A stretch of DNA of 62,624 nucleotides, counting the filler, from Dimorphilus gyrociliatus (Eukaryota; Animalia; Annelida): the NCBI GenBank assembly GCA_904063045.1. It is 4 parts of 4 records of this genome, joined end to end, with 100 filler letters (N's around TTAATTAATTAA, not from the genome) between each part and the next. Parts side by side here need not be neighbours in the genome. Positions count along the whole stretch, not along the records: positions 1 to 15,292 come from CAJFCJ010000181.1; 3 more parts are not named here. One strand, given 5' to 3'. How positions within the stretch are numbered: the first letter of the stretch is position 1; each line of letters begins with the position of its first letter. Positions 1 through 12,965 of this stretch are shown here, piece by piece. The notes beneath the pieces were generated by a model. It was not told the origin of the DNA. It searched no databases and was given only the letters and a program-made list of their open reading frames with translations. The position numbers and the translations under genes are program-made.

Positions 1-1627
1 GTTAGTAGAAATAATACTAGATGATACAAAAAATAATTTTAAGTAAATAAATAGCTTGTGTAATATATTATATAAAATGATAATTATTATCAAGATTGTA
101 ATTTTTTAGATAAAAAAATCTAACCAAAATATTACCGTTGCCCGATATAGACTCACAAAACTAAAATAATAACCATTTACAAAACAAAGAACAAATTTCC
201 AATATAGATACATTGTATGGGGGATTCCTTGAATGATCCAAATTATTTTTTAGAAAAAGATGACATTTATTTTTATGTCAATACTTAAACGATATATAGC
301 CAAAGTTAACTTAAAATCAGTTGTTATTTAATAAATTATGAAATTCATGAGATACTAAAAAACTTAAATTATAAAATCGGTTATTTTGTCCTCTGTGGTA
401 TCAGAGTGATATATTCTCTATAAACCTATTGAAGACAATAAAGATTATAACAAAAAGTATAGATTACAATTCATACAGATGATTTTTAGTATCTACGATA
501 ATATTAAAACTGCTAATATTATGATAATTCGAAGAGAGAGACCAATTTTTCAAAAAGATATATTAAAGAATTAAATTATAGCATGTCTATTTAATGTTTA
601 GCCAATAAAGAAGAACTTAACAGATTGCTTTTTCAACCTAATATTAAACTTAAAAATGGAATACTTAAAAAAATATATATCTAAACCCGAAATATATATA
701 ATTATTTTATATGTTTTGAAACTTCAGGCTGTAAAGGTAACTTATACAGCGAAAAAAAACTTTAGAAGTTTAGTCGCCAATATAGAAAAGATCATAGAAA
801 TTACAGATGCAAATAGTTTCATAGATTGTACTGTAAATGTTGTCAATAATAATCAAAAACAAAGGTCAATTTCATAAAATTATCGCAAAATCTAGCAAAT
901 AAAGGCTTTTATGTCCGACAAGTATTAAACAATAGTTTTTATAATATTTATACCTCTGTAAAACTCAATAATAAATGACAAATAGAACCAGAGTACCCTT
1001 TCCTAAAACTAAACCTATACAATTAGTTTCACTCATCAGTTATGCCAAAAAAGTTTTTTACAAAAAAAAATAGGTTTTTATTTTAATTTTATTTCATTCT
1101 TTAAAAATATCTCAACGGTGGATTAAAATATCTACAAGAGAGATTCAATAGTTATTATGCGAGAATTGAAAATAATATCAACCAGAACAAAACTAAAACT
1201 TTCTGTTTATGCCTTTGAACTTCATAGGAAATTCTATTTAACTAACAATTTTCAAAAATATCAAACTAAATTTGCCATATAGATAATAAAATACTATTCC
1301 CACAATAAAAGTAGCAGAAATATATGAAGGCTGTGTTGATAAATTGAAATGTGAAATTATGGAGAACATAATAGTTTCAAAACAATATCAAAGCGAACTA
1401 TACGAGATCATAGTCATTAAGTTCTTGGTAACCAGTTCCAGAAATTTGCACTTTTCCAGATCTAGGGGGGGAATCAAGATATTATAAAAACAGTTTAACT
1501 CAGATGAACCAATACTTACAATGGTTAATAGTTATTTTGAATAAAAAAGATGATACAAAAGAACAATTCTAAGGGAGACTGAATATTCAGTAGAATATAT
1601 TAACAAAAAAACTTTAAAATATATTTA

Positions 1628-2916
1628 TAGGGATTTTCGTTCTATTTTCCAATAAAATTTTATAGACATTTTTTTGAGGATTTTTGCAATCTATTTTCCA
1701 AATATTCAGAAAGAAACCGAAAAACCGAAATCATAAATAAAAAAATGAACAATTAAAATATTTATTCAAGAATATTCTCACGTCTTTCTGATTTTATAAT
1801 ATATCTAAGCATTTTCTATAGAAATCATTGCAATCTTCTTCTGTAATCACCTTGAAGCCAGCTTCAATGAGTTTTTTGTAGCTCTACTTCAGTTTTAGCT
1901 CTTCCTTGTATCACAAATCTTTTCCATTTAGAAAAGCAATTTTCTATTGGATTAAGAAATGGAAAGTAGGGAGGAAGATATTCCAACACAAATCCTAAAT
2001 CAATTATCACATCCTCTAATCCAGAATAATGGTGTATTCTGGCGTTGTCCATAATAAAAACTGGATTACGAATCCCTATACTTTCACAAGTTGCTTTTAG
2101 TTCCGTCAATGAAGTTTTAAAATCCTCTCCACAGAGAGCCTTGTTATGAACTTTATTCTAAATCATATAATTCTTGTTCATGGCAGTAAGAACAGAAATA
2201 TTTCTTGTTCTAGCTGCAGGCACGTCTATATAAGCAGATGTATCCATAAGGGCTCTACCTTTTTTCGGCATGGAGGATACTGCAACCGCAACCTCATCCA
2301 AACAGAACAATCTTTCAGCACTATGAGATACTTCATAATCTCTAAACCTTTGAGTATATTGGAACCTTTTTTCAACAGTGGTAACATTGTTCCTAGGTGC
2401 AGGAACAATAGTTGCTTGTTTCAAGGTATAGTGGAACTGCCGTAGACAACAGTCAGCAGTGCTTTGAGACACTTGAACTGAAAATTGTTGCGAGACCTTT
2501 TGGATAACTCTTTAAGAGTTAACAGAAAATTCTGGTCTCCCCAAGCTTTAAGTTGATCTTTTTGGATTTGATTAAGCTTGAATCGCTTGTCTTCTCCCTT
2601 TTTCTTAGCAATAGTGGTATTATTGAGTTGATAGTTTTTGACAATCTTACAAACAGCCCAGTAGTTTAACTCTAAAGCATCAGAAATCGCTTCAGTACTC
2701 ATTCCTGCTTTAATTTTAGACTCTATTTTTTCTATATCTTCACTTGAAATCTTTGTATATTTTCTTGAAGACATTTGAAGGGGAAATTTTTTCTGAATAT
2801 TTGGAAAATAGATCGCAAAGATTGGAAGTTAGATTGCAAAATCCCCTTAAAAAATGTCTATAAAATTTTATTGGAAAATAGGTTGCAAAGATTGGAAAAT
2901 AGAACGAAAATCCCTC
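1628..2916 (-). mobile_element. Tc1/IS630-family DNA transposon (DD34E), transposase broken into three ORFs
   Basis: Inverted ends (left TAGGGATTTTCGTTCTATTTTCCAA, right TTGGAAAATAGAACGAAAATCCCTC) are flanked by TA at 1626-1627 and 2917-2918. ORF 2421-2774 is the HTH region, 2158-2472 has LFCLDE, and 1864-2109 has VFIMDNARIHH...YLPPYFPFLNPIE with 34 residues between D and E. Confidence 0.9.
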
Positions 2917-2918
2917 TA

Positions 2919-3104
2919 ATGTTTTACCCCCTACGCTTTTTTTGAGTTTGGTGGTATCATAATAACCTTGCTCAATTCTCTATATACCATACATAGTATC
3001 AAAACATCATTAAATTTTTTCCCTTTATGATTTTTGGTTTTACCAAACTCACTTTTATCTTTTTGGACTATTTTAACTTTTTCTCCTATTACAATAAATT
3101 AATT
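2919..3104 (-). pseudogene. Fragment of an older Merlin/ISXO2 transposase, interrupted by neighbouring elements
   Basis: Minus-strand translation IGEKVKIVQKDKSEFGKTKNHKGKKFNDVLILCMVYRE matches the Merlin IGG.G.IV.IDES.FGKRKY.RG motif from memory. A possible continuation (KTLNILKFFVN, KITINHCKY) lies left of the Tc1 element at about 1490-1627. Confidence 0.6.
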
Positions 3105-4388
3105 GGATCCCCCTTGAAATTTCCTCTCCGGGGGGAAATTTTTGCCTTGTGCCCATTTAAAAAATACAAAAAAAACTAAACAGTTAAAAAATAAATTGTT
3201 ACAATTGAAGAAAAATATTTATAATGAAAACAATAAAATCATACTATCTACAGAATAGTAAAATAAAAATTGTAATACTATTATAAATTTATAATATGTA
3301 AATCTAAAACATACACATTAATAATACAACAAAATAATATACAAAAACAATAAAAGAATGAAAAAATAATATAATATAATCAGAAAAATTTTAATAAATC
3401 AAATATTGCGTGCCCATTCTATGGCGATCATTGAATATATAGCAGAATTCATTTAGAAAATTGTTGACGTTTTTCTGTTCGTGCGCCCTTTCTAATCTTA
3501 ATTTCTTCTTAAGCAATTGTGAAAAGACTAAACTGTCTGAATATGTGTGTCGTTTCGGTTACAAAATTTTCTTTAGGCAACACTATAGCATACAAAGAAT
3601 AATACCCCTTACTTATAAAGCCACCTACTGTGCTCGATAAGCTAAAGAAGAAAAAAGTTCAAAAGAAATCATTCAATTGTTCTAATGAACCCACCTTGTT
3701 GTGGCATACAAAAAGTAGAGGGGGAAGTTTGGACTTGAATCTGATTTAAATTAACATGACGAAAATTTTGTTATAGAGTCCAAAGGGGTAGAAATTTTGG
3801 ACTTGGTTCTAAAGAACTAAGGTCGAAGAAAATCTTCGACGAGCAGTCAGGACACCTCAAGACATATCGCAGCAATACTCTAAAGATTGCTTTGATAGGC
3901 ATACTAAATCCTTCAAAGTAGCTTACCACTCGGATTGAAACATATTTCTTGTTGCCCAGACAAGAATTTTTGTAGCACCTCCATGCTTTCCCATCAGGTG
4001 ACCTTTTATATTTGGCCAGTTTCATGTGCGTTTTGCAAACCACACAGCTGACCTCGACTTTGAGGAATCTATTCATATACAAAAAATCTATAAAACGATC
4101 TTTAGTAGATTGAGTTATAAAAAGGTCGAAAGATTCAGAACTTATCATGTGACAGTGCAGTATGAAAAAAATATTTATAGTATTTCGATTAAATTGGATG
4201 GAAAACTAAAGCAGTAAAAAGTTGTTAAAACAATATCATATATAATTATAATATTTACATATCTAAAATTGGATATTTTTTGGAGGGAAAATGTTTTTGA
4301 GAAAAAAATTATTTTATTTTGAAAAAATAAAAAATTTTAAGGAGTTTTTAAAAAATCTAAATAGGAGGGAAAATTTCAAGGGGGATCC
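3105..4388 (-). mobile_element. Merlin (ISXO2/IS1595-like) DNA transposon, degraded transposase
   Basis: TIR GGATCCCCCTTGAAATTT at 3105, with its inverse ending at 4388. ORF 3771-4148 has the Cys-rich N-terminus (CVVC...AWRCYKNSC...VSIR). Frameshifted C-terminal motifs ENFV..THIQTV and FLNEFC lie at about 3420-3580. No exact 8-bp TSD. Confidence 0.85.
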
Positions 4389-4399
4389 AAAATTTTGAG

Positions 4400-6930
4400 G
4401 TGGTTCAATGCATTGTTTATATATTTTCTTGGTTTTATATTGTTTTCCTCCATAACTTTTTTATCTGGAACGTTCTCCACATTGAATTTCGTCTTTTGTG
4501 CATTCTATATAGTTTAGCGTATATCCCTTTTCTATTAAACGGCAGTCCTAGGTAATTTAGGGGTCGCCTTTCTATTACAGTTCGGTCCTGAGGTTTAATC
4601 CTTGTTTCTTTTGGACCGACAAGTTCCATTTTACTTGGGTATATATAATAATCTCTTAGAACAGAAGTTATTTATATTGTGCAACATTTCACCAATATAT
4701 TCTTTTCCGAATCCTATTATTACTATATCATCAGCGTATTAAAAGATCTTCTTTTTGTCTCTTTCATTTAACCTATCTATTAGTCCATCCAAATATATAT
4801 TAAAGAGAGTTGGTGATAATACAGATCCTTAAAAAAGTCCTCTCTTTATCTAAGTGCTCACGTGAATGTTTCCCGCTATAGTTTCCCAAGTGTTATTTTC
4901 AATGCTTAGTTTAACCAGCTTTACATCGCCTGAGATTATTTTTTTATTCTTTTATTATTTTGTGCAGCTCTCCTCTCGGTACGGAGTTCTATGCTTTCGT
5001 GATATCTATAGTCACCATTATAGCGTGAGGACATTATCTGTGCAGGATTTCTTCTATTGTAATTAGATGATCGATGGTTGAGTCATGATCTTTGAAGCTT
5101 ATCTGGTTTATTGATAGTTAAATTTGTTTGTCGAGTCTTAACTTTATGACCTTATCTAGGACTATTTTTAATGTATCTCTTATGGCGATCGGTCTAATTT
5201 TATTATTTCCCTTTGGAAGTAATATTAATTTATTTTTTCTCATCCATTTCGGTATTTTATATTTTGATATCATATTATTAAGTTTATTTCTAATTAACTT
5301 TTACATTTAATATGTAATATTTTAAACCTTTTGTTTATCTGTCCAAAGTGTCCTGCACTTGGGCCCGGTTTTAAAGACCATATCGCTATGTCGAGTTCTT
5401 TCTTAGTTATATATCTTATTACTCTAATCCTGGGATTTGTGGCTTCTTCTATTTAGCACAGTTTTGTTGGTTTCAAATTTCTTTTTTTGAGAAATGAAAG
5501 TATACTATCCAGATACAATTTATTTATATTTTCTGTGGTTGGAGGTAAGTTTTGGATATTGTTTTCCATCTCCACGATCCTTGATATTTGGTTGAAGGGG
5601 GGGTTTTTGTATATTTTCCCTATTTGTTTAATTTATTTTTTTATTGCTATATATCCCTCTAGATCTCCCTTCATTCTCAATTTGTTTCTCTTCTTTCTTA
5701 ATTCAAAAAATTCTTTGGTAAATCTTTTATATATTGTTTATTTGTGGCTTAATTCTACAGTATTGTTTAAATACGTATGAGTAATTGTATTCGAGGTGTT
5801 ATCATTTCTATCTAGCATTTTTCTATTTCCTTTTGTGCTTCTTTAATAGTTTTTAATTCTATCAGTTTTACTCTACATAATCTTGCTGTATCTTTTCTGT
5901 GCTTTATATTTTTTTTTACAGTAATTAATGCATGTTTCATTGATACTAGTCTGTGTAGCTTATGTTATATAATGGTGTTTGTAAATATTGTGTCTGGGTT
6001 GGCGCTGAATCTACTCTGCCAGAAGTTTTACCATCTTGGAGGTCAATTAGTCCATCATTAGCCATTATTTGTGATATGCTCACTGTATGGTTTCCTCTTA
6101 TACTATTGTTAAGATCTTCCATTAATATAATATCTTCTTTATATTTATTTATTGCTTTTTCTATTGTTTATCCAAGGTGGTAGTCTGGTGAAGTGTTAGG
6201 CAGTTTATATATGACTATTATCCTTGTTGAGTCTATTGTAAAGGCAATATTCTTACTTTGTATAATTATATCCTTAGTTTCTACTCTGTCTTCGCAAAAC
6301 TATAATTCCTTCCATTTTCCTTACAGTATGTATTTACATGATAGGGGGGGCAGGCCTATCAATTTATAGTCGTTCTGGACAGTATGTATAGTCTTATGTG
6401 TTTCTATAAAATCTATGATCTTTGGTTGCAGTTCTTTGATTATATAAGCTATTTCTTTTTCTTTCTTAACTGTTCCCCCTAAATTTACTGTTACTATTAG
6501 TGCGTCATCTTTTTTATGTATTTTTATTTCTTTTATAATTCTGTTCTGTAGGTTCTTCTTTAGTCTTGCTTTCTTTGCGATTGTTGTTTCCGTTGATAAT
6601 TTCTTTACTGATCCTAGGTTTCTTTTTGACTTCTTCCTTTTCTTGCATGGTAGTAGTTACCTCGTTACCATTTATTATTATTTTTTGTTCGGTGGCTCCT
6701 TTGAGATTCATATTTATGCTAGGTTTTGTATCCTTGGCATTGTTCATATCCTGATTCTCTACAGTAGTTGTTCTAATATCATTTATATTGGTTGTGGTCT
6801 CAACTATTTTTATCCTATCTATTTCCGCTCTTAGGTTGTTTGGTAAGAATCTATTTCTAAGATTTTGGTCCCATCTTTTCAGGAATTGAATGGTGAATTC
6901 ATTTTTGTTTGGATTAACGTTCAGCAACTT
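4400..6930 (-). mobile_element. Non-LTR retrotransposon (APE-like endonuclease + reverse transcriptase), pseudogenised
   Basis: Minus-strand motifs occur in the expected order: DIILMEDLN (GDLN-like, about 6120), IRPIAIRDTLK, MVTIDITKA*NSVP, RGLF*GSVLSPTLFNIYLD, YADDI (about 4730) and YLGLPF. Many stops and frameshifts. ORF 6514-6927 is a charged upstream region. Boundaries are approximate. Confidence 0.85.
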
Positions 6931-7199
6931 ATGTGACCATTTGTATTTTTAGGTTTAGATTTTTTTTGTGTTCCGGTTTTTGTGGTTTTTTTGCCAGTTA
7001 GGGATACAATCTTATTTATCTTGCCGCAAGGCTACCAGTGTTGTACTTTGGTATCTCACCGGTCCCTTTTCTATGAGTTCATTTCGTCTTGCTTCTTCCT
7101 CGCCAATAGTCATCAGGGGAGAATATATATTATTCACCTCTAATGTTTTCTCATATATTTAAGTCCCGTATATTTCTGTCTGTATATTTTTAATACTGT

Positions 7200-8248
7200 C
7201 CCATCTTGAGATCGTTACTTCCTCTGTGTTGATAAGTTTGTTTTCTCCGTCTTACGTTCAGAAATAATTTCTATTACTGTGCTGTTGTTTTGTTTACTAA
7301 TCATGTTTTTAATATTCTGTTTGATTTTTTTAAGTCTGTTTAAAGGGGCTTAGATGCTCAGGATGGAGTATAGTAGCTTGGTCGCGAATCTATTGTGTAA
7401 TCTGAATGGTATCTTAATCGATTTTTTCATACATACTTCATACTCTTTCTTTCTGTCTTGTGATTTTAGAAATAAGAAACCAAACTATCCGATTTTTTGG
7501 CTAAATAAAGGGGTTGTATAGTTTCATACTTTGTTGTATGTTTTCTCTTGGGGATTTTTGGTTTTCTTATAGTTGTTTCGTTATTTGGAGTGTTCCCCCA
7601 GATCGATGTCCTTCTTTTTGTACATTTGAACGTTTTTTGTGTCAACTCCCTTTCTGTTAAATGGTAGGGTACTAGTCGCCAAGATATCTTTGTTTTTTAC
7701 TTTAATTATCGTATTGGTTGGCCTTATCACTTCTGTTTTTGAGGGGATACCTAGAATTCTCTGCTATTGCAGAACATGTTTATTTTTTTATTACTTTATT
7801 CATACTTCTTCGTCCGTATGATATTAGAACTATATCATCTGTGTGCAACAATATTTATTTAGGTTCGATAGGATATATTCTTCTCGTATCATCGTCTATG
7901 TATATATCGAAGAACGTCGGAGATATCACAGATCCTTGTGGTATTACTCTTCACATCTTCGATTCTATTCTGTAGGTTGGTGTTTAGTGGTTAATATTGT
8001 ATTTTCTATTCTAAATTTAGTTAGTTTACTAGTTCTTTTCAATTCTAATTTTTTTCATAATCTTGTATAACTCATATAGTGAAACTGTGTTGTAGGCTTT
8101 TACTATATCTATTGTTACCATGAGAGCTTCAGCACAGTTATGTTGTAGTTTGTCCTCCACAGTGATAATGTGGTCAGTTGTTGCTGCAAACTTCTTGAAT
8201 CCTATTCGGTTATTGCTTATATTTAGTTTTGAGTTTATTCTTCTTTTT
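7200..8248 (-). mobile_element. Second, diverged non-LTR retrotransposon RT (3' part), cut by a gap
   Basis: Minus-strand IPQGSVISPTFFDIYIDD (about 7900), HTDDIV (about 7830) and ILGIPSK (about 7750). Homologous to, but clearly different from, the copy at 4400-6930. Confidence 0.8.
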
Positions 8249-8637
8249 NNNNNNNNNNNNNNNNNNNNNNNNNNNNNNNNNNNNNNNNNNNNNNNNNNNN
8301 NNNNNNNNNNNNNNNNNNNNNNNNNNNNNNNNNNNNNNNNNNNNNNNNNNNNNNNNNNNNNNNNNNNNNNNNNNNNNNNNNNNNNNNNNNNNNNNNNNNN
8401 NNNNNNNNNNNNNNNNNNNNNNNNNNNNNNNNNNNNNNNNNNNNNNNNNNNNNNNNNNNNNNNNNNNNNNNNNNNNNNNNNNNNNNNNNNNNNNNNNNNN
8501 NNNNNNNNNNNNNNNNNNNNNNNNNNNNNNNNNNNNNNNNNNNNNNNNNNNNNNNNNNNNNNNNNNNNNNNNNNNNNNNNNNNNNNNNNNNNNNNNNNNN
8601 NNNNNNNNNNNNNNNNNNNNNNNNNNNNNNNNNNNNN
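8249..8637. other. Scaffold gap (389 N)
   Basis: Run of N. Confidence 0.99.
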
Positions 8638-8800
8638 AAAAGTAACAAAATTAATTTTTTATTATCAGACTTTTTAATTAATTAAATTCTAATTTTTTAC
8701 TAATTAAATTCAAATTGTGTGTTTTTTTTAGAATCGATTAAAATCACGTAAGTTTCCAAAAAAGTTATTTTGCATTTAAAGAGAATATCTATCCCCCTAA

Positions 8801-10632
8801 ATGTTCGCACTAAATATAAAGAATTATAATTTTGTGTTATTAGTCAAAATATTACTTTTTATTAATGAAGCTATACTATCTCAAGAGATAGACTCGTAAA
8901 TCCGGGAGGAACCGCTTCTCTATCTTTAGGAAAGAACTCCGATGAAATTAATAAAAAGAAGATAACGCTATACAAAAGCACCAAAAATTACATAACAATG
9001 TCTGATAAAAAAGCATGTATACGAAGAATACTTGAGTTAGAATATTTAAAGTATTTGGATATTTCAAGGCCAAAGAATTTTAATATAAGTCCGACCCCTT
9101 TGCTCCTGTTCCTCCATTAGAGACTTTTATAATACATGGAATCAGTTATAAAAGAGACTTTGTGATTGAATATGCAGATTATATAAATAAATTATCAGGA
9201 TATCCGATGACAAACTACTCGTGCTTGATCAGAATTCATTAATATTTCTTGAAATTGAGAAATCTTAAGAGACTAGAAACACCGAATTATTCTCTGAACG
9301 TACAAGATTTAAACGCTATAAAAAATATTCCTAATTTGATAGAATTAAACTTAAGTAGTTGTCGGATAGGAGAACAATTAGATTTTTTGGGCGGTTTAAA
9401 ATCGCTAAGAAAAATCAAAAAATTGGATTTAAGCAAAAACACTTTTCATGAAAGTACTGGTATTTCTGAAATTATATCTAAAATGACTCAATTAGAAGAA
9501 CTAAATCTTACTAAAAGCAAGCTATACAAAAATATGATCGCTAAGCTATCTAAATTGACAGAATTAAAAAAATTAAAATTTGCTTACAACGACTCTCTGA
9601 GCGAAGACGACTTTTCTATAATATCCAAAATGAAACAATTGGAATTCTTAGATATTAGGTTGAACTTTTACCGTGGTTATAATCCCATAAGTAAATTAGG
9701 TGCTTTAAAGAATCTAAAAGAAATAAAACTAACTACAACAACCTACTTAATTGAAAGAGAATATGCTGCATTATCTAGAATGAAAAATTTAGAAAGAATT
9801 TCTATAGACTGCCTTAGAATCGTACATAGAAATCTTGTTAGTTTACTAAGTACATTACAAAAATTAAAATCAATAAGACTTACTTATCTGGTAGGAATAA
9901 AAACGGAAGATTTAGATAATATCTCTAAAATGACACAACTTGAAGAGTTAGATTTAACAGGCTGCGATCTAAAACCAGGTATGGTTGGAAGGTTGGCTTC
10001 ATTAAAAAATATGAAAAAATTAACATTAAGAGACAATAACTTAATAGAGTCTGATTTTGACGCAATTTCTGGAATGAAAAAATTGGTAAAATTATATCTT
10101 GATGGATGTCTATTCAATGAAGGCTTGATTAGCAAACTAAGCTCATTGAAAAAAATAAGAAAACTAAACATATTTGCCCCCGTTTTTTTATCACAAAAGA
10201 TTTAATCACAGTTTCTAAAATGAAAAATTTAGAATGCTTACAGTTATTATTTGTGAATAGTTCTGAGTATAGTTACTACCAGTTTAGTTTATTTCATAAT
10301 TTGAAGAAATTAAAAAATCTAAAATTTCAATTCTATGAGGATTCCGAAATAGATTTCCACATAGGAGAACTAATTTTATTGATAAAAAAAATCAGAATTC
10401 AGTATTTAGCGATCAGATGTTATAGCATAAAAAAGCAGACATCAATAGAATTAAATCTTTAAAAAGTATAATTAGCTGCTGTAGTTTACCAGTTCATGCC
10501 TGGTTTAGAGAATCTCCTACTGATCCAACTCCTATAGATCCAACTCCTATAGATGTAATTAATTTGGTATGGGACGTAGGTCCTATTATTATTTTAATTT
10601 TATTGATTGTGGTTATATTAGTTCGTTGTTGA
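8801..10632 (+). pseudogene. Leucine-rich-repeat protein with signal peptide and C-terminal transmembrane helix, frameshifted
   Basis: CCCCC at 8793-8797 precedes ATG 8801 (MFALNIKNYNFVLLVKILLFINEA). LxxLxxLDLSxN repeats run through ORFs 9249-10205 and 10220-10462. The final frame from 10499 reads AWFRESPTDPTPIDPTPIDVINLVWDVGPIIILILLIVVILVRC* (stop 10630-10632). At least 4 frame breaks and no introns. Confidence 0.75.
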
Positions 10633-10681
10633 GTTTATTTAATTAAAAAAATTATTATTTAATACAATTTTTAAAATTTAA

Positions 10682-12965
10682 TGTCACGCGCACAACGCGC
10701 GACACGGTCCAATCCCAAAGGGTTGATTTTTTTTAATTTTTTATTAAAAAGTTTTTTTTTGAAACTAAAAAAAGACCTATAGAAAGAATCAAGTGATATG
10801 TTGTCTTAAGTTCCTAAGGAATTTTATAGAACTCTTTTTATACTCAAAAACATTATAAAAAACTTTAATTGGTATTTCATAATTAAAGATCTTAAATAAA
10901 CAAATATTTCAATATCGTGTTAATATACCATTTTTCTCGATTTAATATATAATATAATTCTCACTTGTACTGCTAATATAGAACCTAAAAAAACAAATTT
11001 TTTTTATTTATAAAAAATTATGAATTATCAATTTTAGAAATAAAATAAAAGTTTTTAATTATGGGTTAGCTATCATTTAGTTATCTTCATTTAAGATAAT
11101 TTGACACTTGATTCAGTTTAATTCTTTCCATTTTCTTTTTCTTTTGTAGTATATAAACTTCTATTCACTCTTCTTCTACTGATTTGTATTCCATCGAGAT
11201 GCTTTCTAAGATTAACTTTAGGAATAAAAGTATATTTAATTTTATTTATTTATGACTATAATTTTTTATTAAATTTTGATTATTCATTTAAAAAACTTGA
11301 AAATATAAAAGAAAAAAGTTTCAATAAATTATTTTTTTATTTTTTTTACTTGATTTTTGTGGACAACTGAACATTCATTGGTTTTTGTATTTTTATTTTA
11401 ACTCGGTTGTTTGATTGAATTTCAGTTATAATGAAGTTGTTTTCCTCAAAGAACATGTCTAATTTTTTCTTTTTTGTTTTTACGTTATTATCAAAATCCT
11501 TCTTCAATATAAAAAGATCATTTTCAAATAGTTCATACTTTGAGTTATGAACACTTGAATTTCTATTTATATAATTTTTAAATTTGTTAGTTTTAGTGTA
11601 GTTACTTGACTCATTATTTTCATTAATTTCGATAATGTTATAAAAAAAATTTCTTTTATAAAACAGCTCAAATGGAGTTTTTTATGAGCTGAATGAATAG
11701 TTATATTATAATGAAATACACTTTCATTCAATATAGACACCCCATCCTTTTCTGCCTTATCTAACTTTTTACTTAAAGTTCTTGTAATTCTTGTGACATG
11801 GGATGCCTAGCACGCCCATGGATTTCTTTTATATTATAATCTTTATAAATTGATTGTAAAAGATTATTTTTGAATTCTTTTCCATTATCCGCCTGAATTG
11901 ATTCAGGTGGACCATAAAAGTGAATCAAGTTTAATATTTTTTCAGCAACACATTTGGTTGCTTTTTTTAATATAGGATAACATATAGCAAACTTTGGATA
12001 CACATCAATTATTGATAGTATCCAGGCGAGTTGCTTATTATTATTCTTGTATGTAGATAAATCAATAAGATCTATCTGTAATCTTTCCTATACCCTTTTT
12101 GCAGTGGCGTGTGACACAACATGCCTAACCTTGAGTGGTTGTGCTTTTGCGCATATTTCGCACTCGGCCACTACTTCCCTTATGATACTTCTTTTGACAG
12201 TAAAAAATTTCTTTGAGCAAAGAGCCTCCAGCTTATTACATCCTGGATGTGAGAAATCATTATGTAATTGCTTACATAATAACTTCATCTCTACCAGTGA
12301 ATCAAGTGGAATAACTCGATTTAGTACTACTTCGTCTACCATCACAAAGTTTTTAGCCTTTTTCCCTAGTCTATATTTAGCATCTTTGGATCCTTCAGCT
12401 TTAAATAAACTATTTTTTTTTATTTGAGCTATAGTATCGTATTCTTTTTTATATTTCACATATCCTTTATACATTTGTGGGTTTAAAATGAATTATGATA
12501 TAACATAAATTTAAAATCAATATTGATTTAATATTCCAAGTAGACTTGTATAGACACATAATAGTAATAACTCATTTTTAGAAGATAGGATTTTAATAGA
12601 TTGAGATTATTAAAAATTGCTTTATTTGTATATAAACACTAAGTTATTTCAAATATAAAAAAGTTTTTTAGGTACAAAATAATAATACAATATATTAACT
12701 TTGTTTGTTATACATATTATTTAAATCATCAATGTATATGACAACTTTGAAAAAACTAATTATGGATCGATTGTACAATATATACAATTTTATAACTTCA
12801 AAAATCACAAATTTCTAAAAGAGTATCCCAGTGATCCCTCCACTTTATTATATAAACTCGAAAAATTCTTACCCCTATATTATTTGCCTCTAATTTGAAA
12901 CATTAGCATTGTTTTAATTAGAAAAATGGATACTCAGTTATCCATCGCACGCTGTGCGCGCGACA
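10682..12965 (-). mobile_element. Ginger-type (integrase-encoding) DNA transposon with TIRs
   Basis: Left end TGTCACGCGCACAACGCGCGA; right end read on the minus strand TGTCGCGCGCACAGCGTGCGA. ORF 12088-12474 has the H2C2 zinc motif (HNDFSH...CEIC). ORF 11773-12003 has the rve core (GPPESIQADNGKEF...GRARHPMSQ). No gag, RT or LTR, and no TSD found. Confidence 0.8.

Noticed and set aside
1-1480. Short ORF remnants including 656-877
   Set aside because: No recognisable motif. Possibly a decayed gene, but not supportable.
8120-8677. ORFs 8120-8677, 8229-8645 and 8235-8648, and the X-filled ends of 15341-15778 and 60882-61721
   Set aside because: Artefacts of translating N runs.
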